This document shows positions 59,392 through 64,000 of a stretch of 64,000 bases of DNA, piece by piece (position 1 is the first letter of the stretch; each line of letters begins with the position of its first letter). The stretch comes from Owenia fusiformis (Eukaryota), in assembly GCA_903813345.2 (NCBI GenBank), contig CAIIXF020000001.1, forward strand, positions 11,346,001 through 11,410,000, written 5' to 3'. The notes beneath the pieces were generated by a model. That model searched no databases and had not been told where the DNA came from. It saw only the letters and a program-made list of their open reading frames with translations. Made by a program: the position numbers and the translations under genes.

Positions 59392-62300
59392 ACTCATTTG
59401 TGGTGGCATACACACGACACTAACCAATATAATAATACACACTTGGTGGTGACACAGGTAGTCTTATTGTTTTATGTTCCTGAAAGCAAAAAAAGAGATA
59501 TTTATCACATGGAAATCACAAAGAAAATGGAACAAAAGTGACAAGGGGCTAACTACTGAGTGTACTGAAACTACCTGATGTTTCCATTCCAATGTGACAA
59601 AACAAAATCTAATAAAAAGAATGAGACTCATCACCATTGATTTTTTAACATTTTGTGGAAAGTGGGTTCAATCCAACTTGTATGACACTGCTCCTGGAGA
59701 ACAAACCTGTATTAAAACTGTTATGTAGAATGTAGTAGAGAGATATTTACAAATGGTTAGAACTCAAGCTTATCAACGTATTTACGAGTATAATGTAATA
59801 TAACTAAAACTGAAAGAAAATACAGTTCATATATTTCTATTTTCCTTTGTATAATTCCATTGTCAGATTGAACATTATTGATTAGAAGTCAGATGAATCC
59901 ACATGTTTCCGAGTTATACTGGCAGAATAGTATTACTTTTTCATATTAGTCGTAATATTCCATGTTGCTATCATTGATTTTGCATCAGTTAAAATGAGAC
60001 AGCTGCGTCAATAGGCGTCTTGCCACATAGCTTTTGTGGCATGACCGATATGAGTTCTCAACCTCAATTCCAACAAATATGGTTCTCACAGAATAAACTT
60101 AGTTCATAAAAAATAATTATGGTTCCAATCAAGTCTCTATAAAACTAACCTGTTCTTATAGTTGAGTTCCATTCTTCATATGTTATATAGATTCTATTTA
60201 CATGTTATTGTTTGCTAACATTGAATTCAAACAAAAACATCCTTGTTTACTGAACTATAAATCCTTAGAGAAATTGGAATGGTGGCGATGTATTTCCTCC
60301 TTACATGTTAGGTGCCTTATTTATATAATGACCTCATATACATACAGTTGTATAAACTGTATACCATTGCTTCCAAATAGTCACTGTTCAGAGAACTCAA
60401 CACAGATGGGGCAGACAGCTGTTTCTCCTATGATATAATTAACCAGATTGAACAAAGTGAACCAATATTGACTGCAATCAACTTATAGACATCTCTGACG
60501 GTGGCTGGCACCAAAGTGTGGACGTAGAGAAGCCATTCAATTCACTTAGTCATGAAGGAGTTAATCATTCCAGTTGGAACAAAAAAATACATATCTTTTA
60601 AACTGTATTAAAATTAGTGACTTTGAGGCATGTTTTCAATTTCAATGTGGGCACCATATAAGTGATAATAGCCCAAATTCTCTTGATAATTACACCTATG
60701 ACATAAGTGATGAGGATGAGGGATCTCCTACAGAGATGTTTGAGATTGATGCAGCTAATGACACAGCTAATGACACAGCTATACAGCTGCTATATTCACA
60801 GGTAATCATATTGCATTTGCTATCATGGTTCAGGTAGAACATTACTTACCTTACCGGTCTATATTGCAATCAAGAATGAATGTCACACCTGCTACAGGTG
60901 AATGCAAATAAAAGTGACATTGTGGTGATGTCCCTATAGGGAACGACAGACTGTGTAATTATTATTAATTAACGGTTTGTATGTAACATCCTGATATTAT
61001 ATATTACAGAGTTATCACAGACATGGCTTTTATTAGTCTCACAGACCTCAAATGAATAATCAGGATACAGTATATTCCTGGGACAGATGAATCCTATGAA
61101 GATATAGCCATAAACATAATGTTGTATATAGGCCTATATATACATCATACTTTTCCTTAATCCTTGGAAAGATATTCCACCGTGCTCTTATCACTATGTG
61201 TAAAACTTGGCCTGATTGAACTCCAGCAAATATTTTTTGAAGCCTAATCTTTATATTATACCATGAGTCAGGACATACTCCACTTAACCTGTTTAAACTT
61301 AGAGTACCCTACTATCTAACCATGTGGCCATAATCCATTAATCCAAAAGTAATAATGCTATTAGAAATCTAGGCACATGGCACAAGCATTATACGATTAA
61401 ATCCCGAAAGACGAAAGGAGTATTGGAAAGTGTGGCACCAATGTCAGACGTTATCAAATCTATGTCGGAAAATCAATGGAGAAAGTGAAAGCAAAGAAAA
61501 CCGACGAATTAAGATGAACTGTTGAATGAAACAGTTGAATGCACAGTTGAATGTTATCTTATCCAATATTCTCAAGCAATTTAGATACTAACACTTTTTA
61601 GACAAGCACTGTAAGTAACTTGACTTATGGGAGATTTTTTACATTTTGGAAGGGGTAACACATGTTATCTCCCATGTAAAAATATGATGACGCAAGATAG
61701 TACACCGTGTTAGATAAAGTAAAATTGATATAACATGTACTTATTCAAGCTATAACATTGTAATGATTATCTTAAATCATGGTTTAGATAGTGTCATACT
61801 TTTTAACTAAATCAATTACTGTATTTTATTATACATATATAATAGTGCTATAATAGATAATAGATTTGAGAGCATATAAAAAGTACCACAGTAGCTTGGT
61901 CCACACAAAAAGAATTGATATAAATTACATGTTTACTAAGCATTTCATGGCTGATGATAGTTTAGTCAATGACGATACAGAACCTAAAGCAACTGAATAC
62001 CATTGTGATATTCTTGTTAACAGATGGAAGGACAAAGAGTCTAGATGTTCAAGACAACACCTACCAAATGACCTAAATCACAGTCCGTCTTTCTGTCTCT
62101 ACAATGAATGAATTAATCACATATAATAAATGTATATTGCTTTCCCTGGATGACCTGATCTAAGTCAGCATTAAAAGCAATTTCTATTCTGAGAAAATAA
62201 TCTATTACTGATGAAATAGAATTTCAGCTTGGAGCATTTCTTTCGAGCCCACTCATCAATCTCAATGTTGTCTCAATATACAGAGTAGCATCTTATCTAT

Positions 62301-64000
62301 ATTAATGATGTGATTTATCATATAAAGTGCATGTATACACATGTATTTAACCATGAACAGAAACGTGCTTCACCAAATGTAAATATTTGTTAATATAGAT
62401 TGCCGTTAATGTAACTTTTTCACTATCTTTAAAATGATATATCATCTTGACTGCACATATGCCTAGTTGAAGGTAAAGCAAAGTGTTTGATCTGTATCTA
62501 ATGACCTAAGAAATCAATTATACACCCATTCATGTGTTTATAGGCATTTAAGTGTTTAATGTGTACTAAATTGATTGATTATAGATGAGATTGACTCAAA
62601 TCACAACATTGTAATGATGACAATAGATGTGGGCGACATGATATAGAATGAACTGGATTAAGAGGCCACTAACCTGTAATCTTTTTCAAACAATAGAGTA
62701 CAAATGTTGAGGCTATACATATTTTAAGGACATAACATGATTAACACTATCTGATATTAAGAGTATAGTAAGTACATGAGACAGGAGAACAATTACTTCC
62801 TATGTTATACTTTGTCTGATATTCTTAGTTTGATTGTTGTTTGACATTTCCTGCCTTGTTTATACTAAAAACTGATGAACTTGCTTGTCATGGATACTAA
62901 TTAGATGTTTTGATCAAAAATATTCCTGATTAAATAAACATAAACATCACATTATTGATGGTTTACAATGCTCATTGCCCAGCCATTAAATATTGTTGCA
63001 AAATATATATTTATAGAATCTATGAGGATACAGAAATAAAAAGGAGTTAATAAATAAAAAAAAATTACGAAGCAAGAATAAAACTAAATAAATCTTACCC
63101 TGGTCATTGTATGAGTGGAGTATACAATAAATCCGTATAAAATACAATGAAATCCAAAGCTGAAGTGTAATCCGAAGCATTTCCTGATTGAGCAAATAAT
63201 ACTTGAGCAGATTTTTTATAAAATATTAATATGATTCTATCTACAGTAGGCTGTAATAGCTTTTGTCTTTAAATGTGATTCTCTATTACCCGCAGGTCCA
63301 ATATATACTGTTGATCAAAGCAGTTCACCTAATTTGAAGTGATAATCAATAGAATGTATTCCCATACGTAGGTCACCTTAACTGGCCTACCCACATCAAA
63401 CATTGCCTGAAGCCAGCCTTCACTACTTATTACTGACCTAGATATAAGGTCTCATCAGGCTAGTATACTCCAGATATCTACCCCTTATCAGTTATACTTT
63501 TTACTACATCTGCTATTCTGCTTGGCCTCAGAGGCTGCCAAGGTGTAAATACTGCTCCAGACTGTAGTAGCATTCAGCATGATCATATCATTATTTAACT
63601 CCATAAGACATAACATCTGCTATCCTTGACAGTAAAGAACATATAATAGCCGACTATTATTGCAAGCTGTTTAAGAAGGTGCTATGTGATAATAATGCAT
63701 GTATTACTGAACATGTTTCAACTGCAAGTAAAATATAATTGGTAAATCCTACACAGAATATAGAACCGACCAATCGTATTGAGCAGATACAATGAGGATT
63801 AATATTGCATCTTCTATGTAGTGATAATCAAGCTAAGGTAAAATAATACTTTCCATTAAATGCAGAAGTCAATCTGTATTGTACAGTATGAAGAACAAAA
63901 GTATGTAAAATGACTGCTCAAAGAGCAACTGTAATGGTTCAAAGACAGATGAAATTCAAAATTAAAGAGAAGAAACGTGATAACAGAACTGATGTTATAT

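Noticed and set aside
59392-59442. Upstream in-frame starts extending SPSB (MCIIIL..., MPPQMS)
   Set aside because: Family homology begins at MGQKVSGG; an extension cannot be supported without transcript or ribosome data.

Overview
AT-rich, intron-rich animal genomic DNA, most likely a lophotrochozoan/mollusc (inferred from collagen features). It holds (1) a + strand fibrillar collagen alpha-chain gene (VWC exon at 7815 to stop at 33057; the signal-peptide exon was not found), (2) a convergent orphan gene with a long Asp/Glu-rich repeat (35316-37105, -), (3) a complete 16-exon alkylglycerone-phosphate synthase gene AGPS (50745-40979, -), (4) the coding exons of an SPSB/gustavus SPRY-SOCS box gene (59391-58122, -), and many MITEs, nested TIR elements, a LINE fragment and a mariner remnant. 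The main finding is that the collagen gene carries five clusters of tandemly duplicated, same-phase exons (2 N-telopeptide, 2x54, 3x99, 2x216, 2x108 nt). Taking exactly one exon from each cluster gives the canonical 338-triplet/1014-aa helix, while including all gives 402 triplets. This implies mutually exclusive splicing and up to 48 chain variants from one gene. The second finding is that the SPSB stop sits in a UGA-CUAG readthrough context, and the predicted extension contains an NNN motif resembling the SPSB substrate degron. Exon structures were read by eye from GT-AG sites and translation, with no transcript evidence.
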